Below, one piece after another: positions 1-10,088 of a DNA stretch of 64,000 nucleotides (position 1 is its first letter; each line of letters begins with the position of its first letter). The notes under the pieces are model-generated. The model was not told the origin of the DNA. It ran no database searches and worked only from the letters and a program-made list of their open reading frames with translations. Source of the stretch: Bacteroidia bacterium. GTDB taxonomy: Bacteria > Bacteroidota > Bacteroidia > Bacteroidales > VadinHA17. Position numbers and translations under genes: made by a program. The stretch is taken from the NCBI GenBank assembly GCA_026391215.1, contig JAPLDX010000059.1, positions 1 to 64,000 on the forward strand, written 5' to 3'.

Positions 1-410
1 ACAGTAGAGTTATATTTATCCCTGAATGCAAGATCATTGACTTTTGCAATGCGGCTTGCATTGATGCCTGACCAGACACGAAGACCAATCTGCCCGATAA
101 AAGCAGATTTTCGAATCACATCTTTTGCTGTCCAACTTGCATCTGTCCTCCAGATTACTATCCGTTTAAAGACTGCCAGGGCTATACTCCCTCCAAGAAA
201 GCCTAAACCACGCATACTTTCCCCTTCAATCAACTGTCCCAAACCTGGTATGATTGCTGAGGAAAGACTCATCATAGAAGGTTTATATGGATCGCCCATC
301 TGGTAAGAATATGCATGGTAATCATATTTAGCTTTATATATACTATACTGAGCATCACAGGCTATATGAAGTAAAAGTAATCCTGTTATTATCGCAATAA
401 TTCTTTTCAT
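1..410 (-). CDS. Exported membrane protein with PGLGQ motif (DUF5683-like), paralog of 478..1008; runs off the window edge
   Basis: Not in the ORF track. Manual translation from ATG at 410: MKRIIAIITGLLLLHIACDAQYSIYKAKYDYHAYSYQMGDPYKPSMMSLSSAIIPGLGQLIEGESMRG...NASRIAKVNDLAFRDKYNST, colinear with the neighbouring ORF. Confidence 0.85.
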   Translation of the reverse strand, partial: MKRIIAIITGLLLLHIACDAQYSIYKAKYDYHAYSYQMGDPYKPSMMSLSSAIIPGLGQLIEGESMRGLGFLGGSIALAVFKRIVIWRTDASWTAKDVIRKSAFIGQIGLRVWSGINASRIAKVNDLAFRDKYNST

Positions 411-477
411 AGTGCAGGGCAGTCAGAAAATTATAATTAATGATTAATTCAGAAGAGTTTTATTAAATGATCATTCA

Positions 478-1008
478 TTAGAAATTCATATTAACAGAGA
501 GCCCGAGCAAAGTTTTATTATTCGTCGAATAAGATCGAAAATTAAGATAAGGCTGAATACTTAAGTTGCCTGATACCTTCTTTTTGTCTCTTAAAGCCAG
601 ATTATTTACCTTAGCAACTCGCGAAGCATCTGCAATTGACCAAATCCAGATACCGGCTGTAGCAGTTAACCCGGAAAATAAGAAAGCCATACCTTTGCGT
701 GTCTTTTCCTCAAAATCTCTATCCATTTCAGTCGCATTTAAAGCTATACTTCCTCCGGCAATTGAAAAAACCAGACAACCTGTGCACCCGAGAAGGAAAC
801 ATATACCTCTCCCGGATTCGCCTGATATCATCTGACCCAGGCCTGGTACAAATAATGATGCAGAAGCTGCAGAAGATGGATTATACGGATCTCCGGGTTG
901 ATAGGTGTAGTGGCGATAATCATATTTCGCCTTATTAATTCCGTATTGAGCATTGACAATTGTGCAAATTAAAAGTGTACTTATAAGCAAGAAAATAAGC
1001 TTTTTCAT
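478..1008 (-). CDS. Exported membrane protein with PGLGQ motif (DUF5683-like)
   Basis: Signal peptide ending NA-Q, SLFVPGLGQ motif, two hydrophobic segments, C-terminal beta-strand ending in Phe. Confidence 0.75.
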   Translation of the reverse strand: MKKLIFLLISTLLICTIVNAQYGINKAKYDYRHYTYQPGDPYNPSSAASASLFVPGLGQMISGESGRGICFLLGCTGCLVFSIAGGSIALNATEMDRDFEEKTRKGMAFLFSGLTATAGIWIWSIADASRVAKVNNLALRDKKKVSGNLSIQPYLNFRSYSTNNKTLLGLSVNMNF

Positions 1009-1085
1009 TGTTATGGAATTATTGACTTAAAGTAATATATCAAAGTTACACCAGCAAAAAGCTAAAGTCAAGTATATTTTAATAG

Positions 1086-1114
1086 AAAAACCCCCGGAGC
1101 AGATTTCCGGGGGT
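1086..1114 (-). terminator. Intrinsic terminator after the FISUMP gene
   Basis: 9-bp stem ACCCCCGGA/TCCGGGGGT with a 7-nt loop and an A-run on its left (U-tract on the minus strand). Confidence 0.8.
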
Positions 1115-1168
1115 AAGCTGACTTTATAGCGGAAGTGAAATGTTATAACAGAGCTATAGAGTTTTTAA

Positions 1169-2392
1169 TTATTTCTTCGGCGGGTCCATTATACAGCGGA
1201 CAGCTGTTGCTTGATTTCCCCGGAATTCAGGTAAGAATACTTTTTCAGAATTATACTCAAACTTAGCTGTATAATTAAATCCCAGTTGTTGACCAGCTGT
1301 AGCTGTCCAAATATACTCATGGGAAGTAATAAGATCAAATATAGATCCATCCCATATACCTCCGGGAAGTGCCGTAAAACCACTTTCATTGGTCGCTACA
1401 TTCCCTGCTTTCCAATGAGTTATTCCAGCTTCTTTTAATTTAACTCCAGCTACTGTCTCATCCAGATAACTAGCCAGGGTATTCCATTCTTTAACAGTAG
1501 GCACATGCCAGCCAACAGGGCAAATACCTCTTGTAGTTCCTATATTTCCGCTATCGGATTTAGCACCTTGCATCATTTCCGACCATTGATACAAACCTCC
1601 AAAAATCTTACAGTTTCTGTCATCATTATTATAACAGTATTTCTTAATAATCTGAAAATCTGTTTGTTCTACTCCACCAGGTATCATAATACCAACATTA
1701 AGATTTTCTGCCATCCATGTTTGTGTTCCGATTTTTACTACCTCATAATAATTCAAGTCGCGATCCATCACTCCGTTCACAAAAACATTAACTATATCCT
1801 TCTGAATTTCATCACCAATTACCGAGCTGATTTGGATTTCCCCTTTCTGTATATTATTAGATAATCCGGTTTTGTTTATACTCACCGTTAAAGTTTCTGT
1901 TTCATCTATTATTTCACCTGAGAAGGGAAAAACTGTAATCCAATTCTGATTTGTAATGATAGAATATTTTAATGTGTCTTTTCCAATATTTGAGATAGTA
2001 AAAAGCTTAATTGTTGAATCTAATCCAAAGTCGAGATTTTTTTCGGAAATTTTAGGTATTGGAGCACCTTTTAAGAAAAAGTATAATGGAGTAGTTTTCT
2101 CCGGAATTACTTCAACTCTTTTTGTTTCGCTTTCATAAGCCAGTTTTGAAACCTGGATTTCATAAAACCCCGGGATTAGATTTTCAAACAGAAATTTCCC
2201 GTCACTTTCAGTGGTCGTTGTATCATTTAAAGGATTCAGTATAACTGTTACTTCCTGTAATGGCAGAGAGTTTTCACGATCATCCACTTCTCCGCTTATT
2301 TCTCCTGGAAGAATCTCCTCAGTTTTACATTGATTAAGGGAGAAGCCAATTATACTAAAAACAAGAATCAAAATACGTTTAGTCGTTCTCAT
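1169..2392 (-). CDS. FISUMP (Fib_succ_major) domain lipoprotein with carboxypeptidase-regulatory-like and BACON-like Ig domains
   Basis: Lipobox-like SLNQC; motifs VKIGTQTWMAENLN, GGLYQW, CPVGWHVPT, NESGFTALPGG, AVRC; start moved to ATG 2392. Confidence 0.88.
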   Translation of the reverse strand: MRTTKRILILVFSIIGFSLNQCKTEEILPGEISGEVDDRENSLPLQEVTVILNPLNDTTTTESDGKFLFENLIPGFYEIQVSKLAYESETKRVEVIPEKTTPLYFFLKGAPIPKISEKNLDFGLDSTIKLFTISNIGKDTLKYSIITNQNWITVFPFSGEIIDETETLTVSINKTGLSNNIQKGEIQISSVIGDEIQKDIVNVFVNGVMDRDLNYYEVVKIGTQTWMAENLNVGIMIPGGVEQTDFQIIKKYCYNNDDRNCKIFGGLYQWSEMMQGAKSDSGNIGTTRGICPVGWHVPTVKEWNTLASYLDETVAGVKLKEAGITHWKAGNVATNESGFTALPGGIWDGSIFDLITSHEYIWTATAGQQLGFNYTAKFEYNSEKVFLPEFRGNQATAVRCIMDPPKK

Positions 2393-2429
2393 AATCCCGT
2401 TTCTAAGTAAGATCAAATATCATGCCAGC

Positions 2430-3632
2430 TCAGGGAACGATGCTTTTTACCCTTTGGGTTATCTTCCCAGTCTTTTTATTCTTAATTATGATCTTCACCT
2501 TTCCGTCTGGCATGGTCTCTTCCTTGATAAAAATATGGTCTTTGTCATAGTCCCTGATGCCGGAGATTTTCGGAGTCTTCTTATTTCCGCGCCAAACCTT
2601 TAGCCTGACAGGCTCCCATTTTTTTGAGGTAGCAGAACGGTAGCAGGCATCCATGATCTCATTTACAATATATCCATCATAAAAAGTCTCCTTTGCTTTA
2701 CCTTTTTTCTCAAATGCACCGAACATGTCAGTAAACATATCCGTGTAACCCAGCTCTACCACTTCATCCCCGACAGGGAATAGCCAGCCCTTATCCGTTT
2801 CAGTCTTCTCTGCGACATACCCTTTCTTACCTCCGGCAGTAAAAATCTCAAAGCCGGTGCGCAGGAAATTATTAATCCATATTGTACCATCGGTACCCAT
2901 CACCTCATCCCTTAAATCCATGCCTCCGCGGAATGTCCAGCTAACTTCGAACTGTCCCACCGCACCGTTTTCATATCTGACCAGACCAATTGCATTATCC
3001 TCAGAATCAATAGGCTTAACAAGAGTGTCTGCCCAGCATATTACTTCAACGGGTCTTATATCCTTGCCTATATAATTCCTGGCTATCTCTATGCAGTGGC
3101 ATCCCATATCCAGCAAAACTCCCCCGCCTGAAATTTCCTTTGTCCAGAACCAGTCACTGTGCGGACCGGGATGGGTTTCACGTGAACGGACCCATGTGAC
3201 CTGACCAACTGCTCCTGCCCTTACTGAACTCAAAGCCTTAAGAGTCTTCGGAGGGTAAACAAGATCTTCCAGATACCCGTTCATGATGCCAGCCTTTTCA
3301 ACCAGATCCATCATTTGTTTTGCTTCTTCTGCATTTCTTCCCAATGGTTTTGTGCATAATACTGCTTTCCCGGCTGCAGCCGCCAGCTTAACCGCTTCAA
3401 GGTGGAGATTATTGGGAAGACCGATGACAACAACTTCAACCTCAGGATCATTTACAGCTTCTTTAATGGAGGTTGTCCACCTGGGGATTCCGTGTTTTTT
3501 CGCAAATACCTTCCCTCTCTCCTTGTCTCTTGAATAAATTATAACCACATGGTCACGATTACGCTGACCATGAAGGGAGAAAGTGTAGAAATCGCCGATA
3601 AAACCGGCTCCGAGCATTGCTACATTTGCCAT
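2430..3632 (-). CDS. Gfo/Idh/MocA family oxidoreductase
   Basis: N-terminal GAGFIG Rossmann motif, CTKPL (EKP-type) motif, [11 protein letters not shown]. Confidence 0.9.
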   Translation of the reverse strand: MANVAMLGAGFIGDFYTFSLHGQRNRDHVVIIYSRDKERGKVFAKKHGIPRWTTSIKEAVNDPEVEVVVIGLPNNLHLEAVKLAAAAGKAVLCTKPLGRNAEEAKQMMDLVEKAGIMNGYLEDLVYPPKTLKALSSVRAGAVGQVTWVRSRETHPGPHSDWFWTKEISGGGVLLDMGCHCIEIARNYIGKDIRPVEVICWADTLVKPIDSEDNAIGLVRYENGAVGQFEVSWTFRGGMDLRDEVMGTDGTIWINNFLRTGFEIFTAGGKKGYVAEKTETDKGWLFPVGDEVVELGYTDMFTDMFGAFEKKGKAKETFYDGYIVNEIMDACYRSATSKKWEPVRLKVWRGNKKTPKISGIRDYDKDHIFIKEETMPDGKVKIIIKNKKTGKITQRVKSIVP

Positions 3633-3651
3633 AGATTCAGATTTTAAGTTT

Positions 3652-4035
3652 CTATTCAGATACTATTTCTATCCTGTTATTCTCCGGATCAAGTATTACG
3701 CTTTCATAATATCCGTCACCCGTAACACGCGGCCCGCTCTCAATAATAATCCCATTTCTCTGCATAAGCCATGTAAGGCTGTCAACCTTTTCCCTTGATC
3801 CGGCATTTAACGCAATATGGGCATATCCCAAAGAAATATCCATGCCTGCAGGACCGATATTATTCTTTTTCATTATTTCAATCCTTCCTCCATCGGGAAA
3901 TGTTAAAAAATACGAGGAAAACCGCTTTGTCGGATTAACATATTTTTCATTGACCGTGCAATCGAAATACTTTATAAAGAAATCCCTTTCACCTTCCAGA
4001 TCATTTACCCAGATCGCAGTATGGTCAATTTTCAT
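3652..4035 (-). CDS. VOC/glyoxalase family protein
   Basis: [10 protein letters not shown]...GYAHIA...[22 protein letters not shown]; start at ATG 4035. Confidence 0.88.
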   Translation of the reverse strand: MKIDHTAIWVNDLEGERDFFIKYFDCTVNEKYVNPTKRFSSYFLTFPDGGRIEIMKKNNIGPAGMDISLGYAHIALNAGSREKVDSLTWLMQRNGIIIESGPRVTGDGYYESVILDPENNRIEIVSE

Positions 4036-4176
4036 AGTTTTTTCTATTGTTTCAACCTGTAACAAATATAATAAGAACTATCAGTGAATCCTCATACTTT
4101 TCTTATTCTGATTCCAGGATAAAATGTCAGGCGGTAAAAGAAGTTTAAACTATCTTTATAAGAAATACACCTCATA

Positions 4177-5622
4177 ATGAAAATCCGGAATTATTTGCTG
4201 GTGCCTGCGCTGGTTTGTATTCTTGCGGGATGCAATGAGAAACAGGAATGCGATAAATTGCTGAAAGAAATTGAGACAAATCATATTGCAGGAAATTTCA
4301 AAGAATCTGCAAAGCTGACTGATTCTCTTAAACATTGCTGCACCAGTGATGTATGGCTGATCAGGAAGGCTGATTCCCTTACTGAGATCGCTGAAAGAAT
4401 CAGGCTCGATTTTCCTTTTACCAGTGAGCAGATAATCAGCAGGATAGAAAAGCTTGCCGGTCCCGTAAGTAAAGATGATATTGCAACCTGGGAAAATAAT
4501 AAATGGCTTGAGTGCAGAGTAATTGATAGTGAAAAGAAATATTTCAACAGGGCGGCATCCAACCTTATGCTTATCAGGAAGTTTTATGAAGATAAAGAAG
4601 GCAGGCTGAGAAATATTGCCAATGATCCTGACATGATCTTCAGATTGAACCACACTGGCGAAGTACTCAAGGCAGCCGGGACAAAAACCAAACCTGTTAT
4701 ACCTGTAAATATGATAATCACCTTTGCCATTATCGTACAGCCTGATGCCGTACCTGAAGGTGAGATAATAAGATGCTGGATTCCCTGGCCAAAAGGAAAC
4801 CATTCCCGCCAGTCACAGCCGGAATTGATCAATATATCAAATGTAAATTACATAATAGCCCCTGATTCAGCCATACATCGTTCAATATATATGGAAGAAA
4901 CCACTGAAAAAGGACTCCCCGTGGTATTTGAGGTATACTTCAGGTATCAATCTGCTGCTCAATATTTTAATCTGAATAATATTAAAGTTCTGCCATATGA
5001 TAAAACTTCAGGCCTTTACAGAAAGTACACAAGCGAGCAGCTGCCTCAAATCTGCTTTACAGATAAGATCAAGCGGCTGGCCGATTCAATAACAAGTCCC
5101 CAGGATGATCCTGCAGCTACAGTCAGGAAGATCTATATGTGGTTCAAGGAAAACATTCCCTGGACGGGAGCGCTTGAATACTCAATAATGCCAAACATCC
5201 CTGAATATGTCTTAAGCAACCGCCGCGGAGATTGCGGTATGCAGACCTTATTATTCATGTCAATGCTCAGGTATAAGGGAATTCCTGTAAGGTGGCAGAG
5301 TGGGTGGATGGTACCTCAGGGAGGTGAAAACCTGCACGACTGGTGCGAGGTTTATTTCGAAGGAACAGGATGGGTACCGGCAGATATTTCTTATGACCTT
5401 CAGGATTCGGAAATTGCTGAACTCAGAGAGTTTTACCTGTCAGGCATCGATTCGTACAGGCTTATTGCGAACGACGGCATCGCAGGATCATTCTACCCTG
5501 AAAAGAAATATATGAGAAGCGATCCCTATGATTTTCAACGTGGAGAAGTAGAATGGAAAGGCGGAAATCTATACTTTGATAACTGGGACTCTGAGATGAA
5601 AATAGAAATTAATCAACCTTGA
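4177..5622 (+). CDS. Transglutaminase-like domain lipoprotein
   Basis: Lipobox LAGC; triad motifs RGDCG, LHDWCEVY, GWVPAD. Confidence 0.88.
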   Translation: MKIRNYLLVPALVCILAGCNEKQECDKLLKEIETNHIAGNFKESAKLTDSLKHCCTSDVWLIRKADSLTEIAERIRLDFPFTSEQIISRIEKLAGPVSKDDIATWENNKWLECRVIDSEKKYFNRAASNLMLIRKFYEDKEGRLRNIANDPDMIFRLNHTGEVLKAAGTKTKPVIPVNMIITFAIIVQPDAVPEGEIIRCWIPWPKGNHSRQSQPELINISNVNYIIAPDSAIHRSIYMEETTEKGLPVVFEVYFRYQSAAQYFNLNNIKVLPYDKTSGLYRKYTSEQLPQICFTDKIKRLADSITSPQDDPAATVRKIYMWFKENIPWTGALEYSIMPNIPEYVLSNRRGDCGMQTLLFMSMLRYKGIPVRWQSGWMVPQGGENLHDWCEVYFEGTGWVPADISYDLQDSEIAELREFYLSGIDSYRLIANDGIAGSFYPEKKYMRSDPYDFQRGEVEWKGGNLYFDNWDSEMKIEINQP

Positions 5623-6223
5623 CTTTGACAACGGCTTTTCTTACCTGTGAGTTTTCGCCATCCTTCAGCCCCGGACGATGAGCGTCATCAGGGAAGAAGA
5701 TGAAGAACCTGTCAGGCGTAGCGCTTATGTTATTGATGGTGTTGACTGTCAGGAACATAACATCTTTTGATTCATCATAAGGCTCAAGGATATCTTTCTT
5801 CTCTGACATGGGAGCTATACCGATAAGTTCCTTGCCATTGGCTACATATTGTATATCAATATATTTTATATGAGCTTCATAGCGGGCATCTTCTTCGTTT
5901 TTTGTCATATACTCACTGATGGGAGCATATACATTATTACCGTCAATTTCATGACGCTTTAATTCAAGTTTCATCATGTCATTGTCCTTCAAAAATTTAA
6001 AAGCTTTATTCCACCTCTCCTTATTTTTGAAATAGGACATAGCAAATTCTTTACGGTTGATTGATGCATCAGGCTTCACCTTCCAGCCATCAAGCCATTC
6101 TTCTTTTTCGAACCATTTATCGATCTGTTTACTGCTCCATAAGGCAGGATCATTTGAACTTTTACAGCCCAAAAAACCTAAAAAACTTGTAACGATCATA
6201 ATTTTAAGGAATAAATTTTTCAT
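5609..6223 (-). CDS. YhcH/YjgK/YiaL (DUF386) family lipoprotein
   Basis: EAHIKYIDIQY and FFPDDAHRP motifs; lipobox FLGC. Confidence 0.88.
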   Translation of the reverse strand: MKNLFLKIMIVTSFLGFLGCKSSNDPALWSSKQIDKWFEKEEWLDGWKVKPDASINRKEFAMSYFKNKERWNKAFKFLKDNDMMKLELKRHEIDGNNVYAPISEYMTKNEEDARYEAHIKYIDIQYVANGKELIGIAPMSEKKDILEPYDESKDVMFLTVNTINNISATPDRFFIFFPDDAHRPGLKDGENSQVRKAVVKVKVD

Positions 6224-6307
6224 AGCTTGAATTATATTCTTTTAAATAGTATTGCTCATAATAACCTGGTAAGCAAGTTATAATAAAGTCGGCAATATAA
6301 TATTCTT

Positions 6308-7132
6308 CTAGTCCAGAAATTGATTTAGCATCTTATAACATTCTTCCCTGAAAATATTAATAGAGGATGGATCCAGCTCTTTCATATGTCTGATCCTCTT
6401 CCTGGTATCATAAAGAACTCCGTTTGTGAATTCATCTCCTGTAAGAATATCAGCCAGAGCCATCGCAATTTTAGACGGCCTCTTCATAAAGGGCGCTGCA
6501 ACGTGGTACAGAAATCTGAACCAGGAATGCTGCATACGGTAAATAGAAGAACCGAAAACTCCCGGATCAATGCTGAAACACCTGAAATCAATATCCTGGT
6601 ATTTTTTTGCAAGCAGATTGCACATAACTGCAATAAAGAGCTTTGAATCTGAATAAGCCTTAAGAGGTGTATAATCTTCCTTTTTCCTGCAAAAGGTTAT
6701 CGCAGGCTTTGAAATTTTGTGAACCACTGATGTAATAGCGGCCAGCCTTAAGGGATGACTTTTGCCGGATCGTTGTATAATAATCTCATTTATAAGAAGA
6801 TGCGCAAGATAATTTACCTGGAAAGTATATTCAATACCATCCTTTGTAGTTGTAAAATCAGGAGGGCTGAGTATCCCGGCATTATTGATAACATAACTTA
6901 CAGAATAATTATCACATATCGTCCTTATGGTATCTGCCGTCTGGCGCAGGTCGTAAAAATCAACTCTGAACAGTTTAAACCTATCTCCAAATTCAGGTAC
7001 CTCCAATGATTTTCTTCCGGTGGCTATGACATAATATCCTCTCCGCAGAAACAGCTTAACCAGCTCAAGTCCCAACCCTGATGTCCCTCCTGTAATGAGT
7101 ACCGTTTTAAGATCTGAAGAGGAATTCTGCAT
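6308..7132 (-). CDS. Short-chain dehydrogenase/reductase
   Basis: TGGTSGLG, NNAG, YSDSK (YxxxK); start at ATG 7132. Confidence 0.88.
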   Translation of the reverse strand: MQNSSSDLKTVLITGGTSGLGLELVKLFLRRGYYVIATGRKSLEVPEFGDRFKLFRVDFYDLRQTADTIRTICDNYSVSYVINNAGILSPPDFTTTKDGIEYTFQVNYLAHLLINEIIIQRSGKSHPLRLAAITSVVHKISKPAITFCRKKEDYTPLKAYSDSKLFIAVMCNLLAKKYQDIDFRCFSIDPGVFGSSIYRMQHSWFRFLYHVAAPFMKRPSKIAMALADILTGDEFTNGVLYDTRKRIRHMKELDPSSINIFREECYKMLNQFLD

Positions 7133-7212
7133 TAATGTGTTATAATATATAATGTTCAAACTTAATAATAAAAGTTACAATCATACTGACAAAAATTAAC
7201 TGAGTATTTTTA

Positions 7213-7220
7213 TACTTTTG
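7213..7220 (+). promoter_or_regulatory. Bacteroidota housekeeping-sigma -7 box
   Basis: TACTTTTG matches TAnnTTTG, 14 nt before the ATG at 7235. Confidence 0.55.
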
Positions 7221-7234
7221 TTAAAAAACAGGCA

Positions 7235-7957
7235 ATGAAGAAAATTTTCGTTTTTCTGTTTTCAGCGTTGACATTTCTGAATGGCTTTTCACAACCTGCC
7301 AGCGTCTATCGGACAGGAATAACCGCTCAGCAGAATCTTAATGCGATAGCTAATCTAGCCCCCTATTCTGGAGGCGGTATTGGATTTGACACGAGGTACC
7401 AGGGAGTTGTTGGAAGCCCAAGATTGTTTGATACTCTTCTTACTTCTTTTCTCCTGGTCAGCGAAAATGAGTATTATATCAGGCTGGAAACCGATCTTGA
7501 TCTTGTAGGAAATGCTGTATTGTACACAGATCCGGGAACAAAGAAGCTGTTTGCCTTACCTTCTGATAACGTCAGGGAGCTGGTTGTTGTGAAGGATAAT
7601 AAAGAGCTGATATTCAGAACAACTAAAGGTCTCAGCTTTGACAAAAGCCTGAAAGAGAATAATTTTTACCAGGTACTGGCAGAAGGATCGGTTCAGTTCA
7701 TAAAAATTCCTGTTAAAACATTTGTCGAAGCTGATTATAAAGGTGCATACAGTTCCGACAGGAGGTTTGACGAATACCAGGCAGTAACAAGGTACTATTT
7801 TAAAGGTGCAGACAATGCTTTTCACCAGATCCAGTTGAACCGAAAATCACTTATTAAGGCTTTCCCTGATAAAAAGGAACTCATTAACCAGTCCTGGGGG
7901 AAGAAAACATCTGAAAATAACGAAGAGATGGTGATTTCGCTTATTGAAAAGTTCTGA
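7235..7957 (+). CDS. Hypothetical exported protein
   Basis: Signal peptide ending FS-Q; long ORF preceded by a promoter box; no family recognised. Confidence 0.75.
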   Translation: MKKIFVFLFSALTFLNGFSQPASVYRTGITAQQNLNAIANLAPYSGGGIGFDTRYQGVVGSPRLFDTLLTSFLLVSENEYYIRLETDLDLVGNAVLYTDPGTKKLFALPSDNVRELVVVKDNKELIFRTTKGLSFDKSLKENNFYQVLAEGSVQFIKIPVKTFVEADYKGAYSSDRRFDEYQAVTRYYFKGADNAFHQIQLNRKSLIKAFPDKKELINQSWGKKTSENNEEMVISLIEKF

Positions 7958-8053
7958 TTTCAATATACAGCCCTTTTAACTTTTTTTATGATCTGAGAGT
8001 TGCAAATAAGCTGATAATCAAATAATTTTACCCTGTTACAAAAGCTGAAGATT

Positions 8054-9274
8054 ATGAAAAAGAAAATCCTGTTCATGGTTTCATTTATAATGATGGTATT
8101 TTTCTCGACAGACCTTTATTCCCAGGACTGGACTCAATTCAGGGGACCCGGTCGCGACAGCAAAGTGACCGGTTTCAAGGCTCCAGATTCCTGGCCGGCA
8201 GAGCTCACTCAGCAATGGAAAATAAAGGTCGGAACCGGTGATGCTACACCTGTACTTGTCGGAAAGAACATATATCTGAATACCCGCCAGGGAGGTAATG
8301 AGGTAATCCTTTGTCTTAATGCTTCGACAGGAAAGGAACTATGGAGAGACAGCATCCCCGTACCATCTGCAACCGGGCCTGCCGCATCTCATCCGGGGCC
8401 CAGAAGTACTCCTGCTGTTGCAAAAGGAAAGATAGTTACATTCGGCCTTTCAGGAATTCTTTCATGCCTGAGTACTTCTGATGGCAAATTATTATGGAGG
8501 AAAGAAAATCCAACCAACGCAATACCTCAGTTCTACACCGGGATGTCTCCGTTGATCATTGATGGCATCTGTATTGTCCATGTCGGAACAAAAGATAAAG
8601 GCGAAGTGCTTGCCCTTGATCTCAATACAGGAAATGAAAAATGGAAGTGGAGCGGTGACGGACCTGCATATGCCTCTCCTTCCCTGATGACTATCGACGG
8701 TCAGAAATGTATTGTAGTACAGACAGAAAAAAATCTCATGGCTTTAAATTTCTCCGATGGGAAGCTTCTATGGCAGACTGCAACACAGCCGATGCAGCGT
8801 TTTTACAACTGCGTCAGCCCTTATATTAAAGGAAACAGAATATATTATACCGGACAGGGCACGGGCACAAAAGCTATTGAGGTTTCAAAACAGGGTAATA
8901 ATTATATCACAAAAGAGTTATGGAGCAGTACAGAGGTTGGTGCAAAATGGAATACGCCAGTGTTGATCGGCGGATACCTTTATGGTTTTACCGATCAGAG
9001 AAGGATCTACTGTCTCAATGCTGCAGACGGTCAGACAGTCTGGATAGACAACACAACCAATAGCGATTTTGCGACAATAGTCGATTGCGGATCTGTGATA
9101 ATAGGCTCCCCCAGCACAGGTTACCTGATAGTTATGAAGCCGGATCTAAAAGCTTATTCGGAGGTAATAAAATATAAAGTCTCAGAAACACCGGTATATG
9201 CTTTCCCTGTTATCGCCCGGAATATTATTTATGTGAAAGATGCCGAATCACTGATAAAGTATATAATAGAGTGA
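8054..9274 (+). CDS. PQQ-binding-like beta-propeller protein (BamB-like repeats)
   Basis: Signal peptide, DWTQFRGP, repeated L-x-C/A-L-D/N-x-x-T/D-G-x-x-x-W blades, GPRSTP. Confidence 0.88.
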   Translation: MKKKILFMVSFIMMVFFSTDLYSQDWTQFRGPGRDSKVTGFKAPDSWPAELTQQWKIKVGTGDATPVLVGKNIYLNTRQGGNEVILCLNASTGKELWRDSIPVPSATGPAASHPGPRSTPAVAKGKIVTFGLSGILSCLSTSDGKLLWRKENPTNAIPQFYTGMSPLIIDGICIVHVGTKDKGEVLALDLNTGNEKWKWSGDGPAYASPSLMTIDGQKCIVVQTEKNLMALNFSDGKLLWQTATQPMQRFYNCVSPYIKGNRIYYTGQGTGTKAIEVSKQGNNYITKELWSSTEVGAKWNTPVLIGGYLYGFTDQRRIYCLNAADGQTVWIDNTTNSDFATIVDCGSVIIGSPSTGYLIVMKPDLKAYSEVIKYKVSETPVYAFPVIARNIIYVKDAESLIKYIIE

Positions 9275-9302
9275 TCCTCTAAATCTAGGGACATTCAACT
9301 TT

Positions 9303-10088
9303 TTACTTGTAATACCATATCTTCTCCATCAGGAGGATATTTCTCAGTTCGTTGGGAGTCAGGTTTTCGCGGATTTCCCCGGCATCAGCTACTGATATAT
9401 GTCCTGTCTCCTCAGATACAATAACTACTAGAGCATCAGAGTTTTCCGACATTCCTATAGCTGCAAGGTGACGCATCCCAAACTTTGCAGATCCTAAATG
9501 CTGATCTGTTACCGGAAGAGGACATCTTGCCGCCAGGATCATATCGTTATCAATCAGAACTGCTCCATCATGCAGAGGTGTATTCTTGAAAAAGATCGTT
9601 TCCAGCAATTCTGCGCTTATCCTGGCTTTTATAATTTTTCCTCCCTCAGCAAACATTTCCAGACTGTCCTGTCTACCTATCACCATCAGGCAGCCTATCT
9701 TCTTTGATGCCATGGATTCTGCAGCTCTGACAATTTCCTCGATAATTATTGGACCTCCCGGATCGTCCTTTGCAGAATCAAATAATCTGGTTATTGAAAA
9801 CTTGCGGTTTTTAATATACCTGTTACCCATAACAAGAAGAAACCTTCTTAGCTCCTGCTGAAAAACGACAATGAGCGCTATTACTCCGACACCCATCACC
9901 TGTCCCAGCATTGAACTTACAAGCTCCATATTCAGTGCCTTGACAATAAGCCAGAACAGATAGATGAAAAAGACCGCGATAAATATGCTGAAAGCTGTGG
10001 TACCCTTTATTATTCTGTAAAGCTGGAACATGATCAGGGCGACCAGAATAATGTCTATTATATCAATAATAGTAATCGGAACTATCAT
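9303..10088 (-). CDS. cdaA: Diadenylate cyclase CdaA
   Basis: Three N-terminal TM segments, VFQQELRR, TPLHDGA, GMRHLAA, VSEETG. Confidence 0.9.
   Translation of the reverse strand: MIVPITIIDIIDIILVALIMFQLYRIIKGTTAFSIFIAVFFIYLFWLIVKALNMELVSSMLGQVMGVGVIALIVVFQQELRRFLLVMGNRYIKNRKFSITRLFDSAKDDPGGPIIIEEIVRAAESMASKKIGCLMVIGRQDSLEMFAEGGKIIKARISAELLETIFFKNTPLHDGAVLIDNDMILAARCPLPVTDQHLGSAKFGMRHLAAIGMSENSDALVVIVSEETGHISVADAGEIRENLTPNELRNILLMEKIWYYK

Noticed and set aside
37-306. 89-aa plus-strand ORF in the track
   Set aside because: Antisense shadow of the real minus-strand paralog starting at 410
1169-2392. FISUMP C-terminus as a possible diversity-generating retroelement target
   Set aside because: No reverse transcriptase or template repeat seen in the window
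4156-4803. 215-aa minus-strand ORF
   Set aside because: Antisense to the transglutaminase gene; no recognisable motifs
9275-9300. TCCTCTAAATCTAGGGAC as a decayed REP arm
   Set aside because: Too short and degenerate to assign
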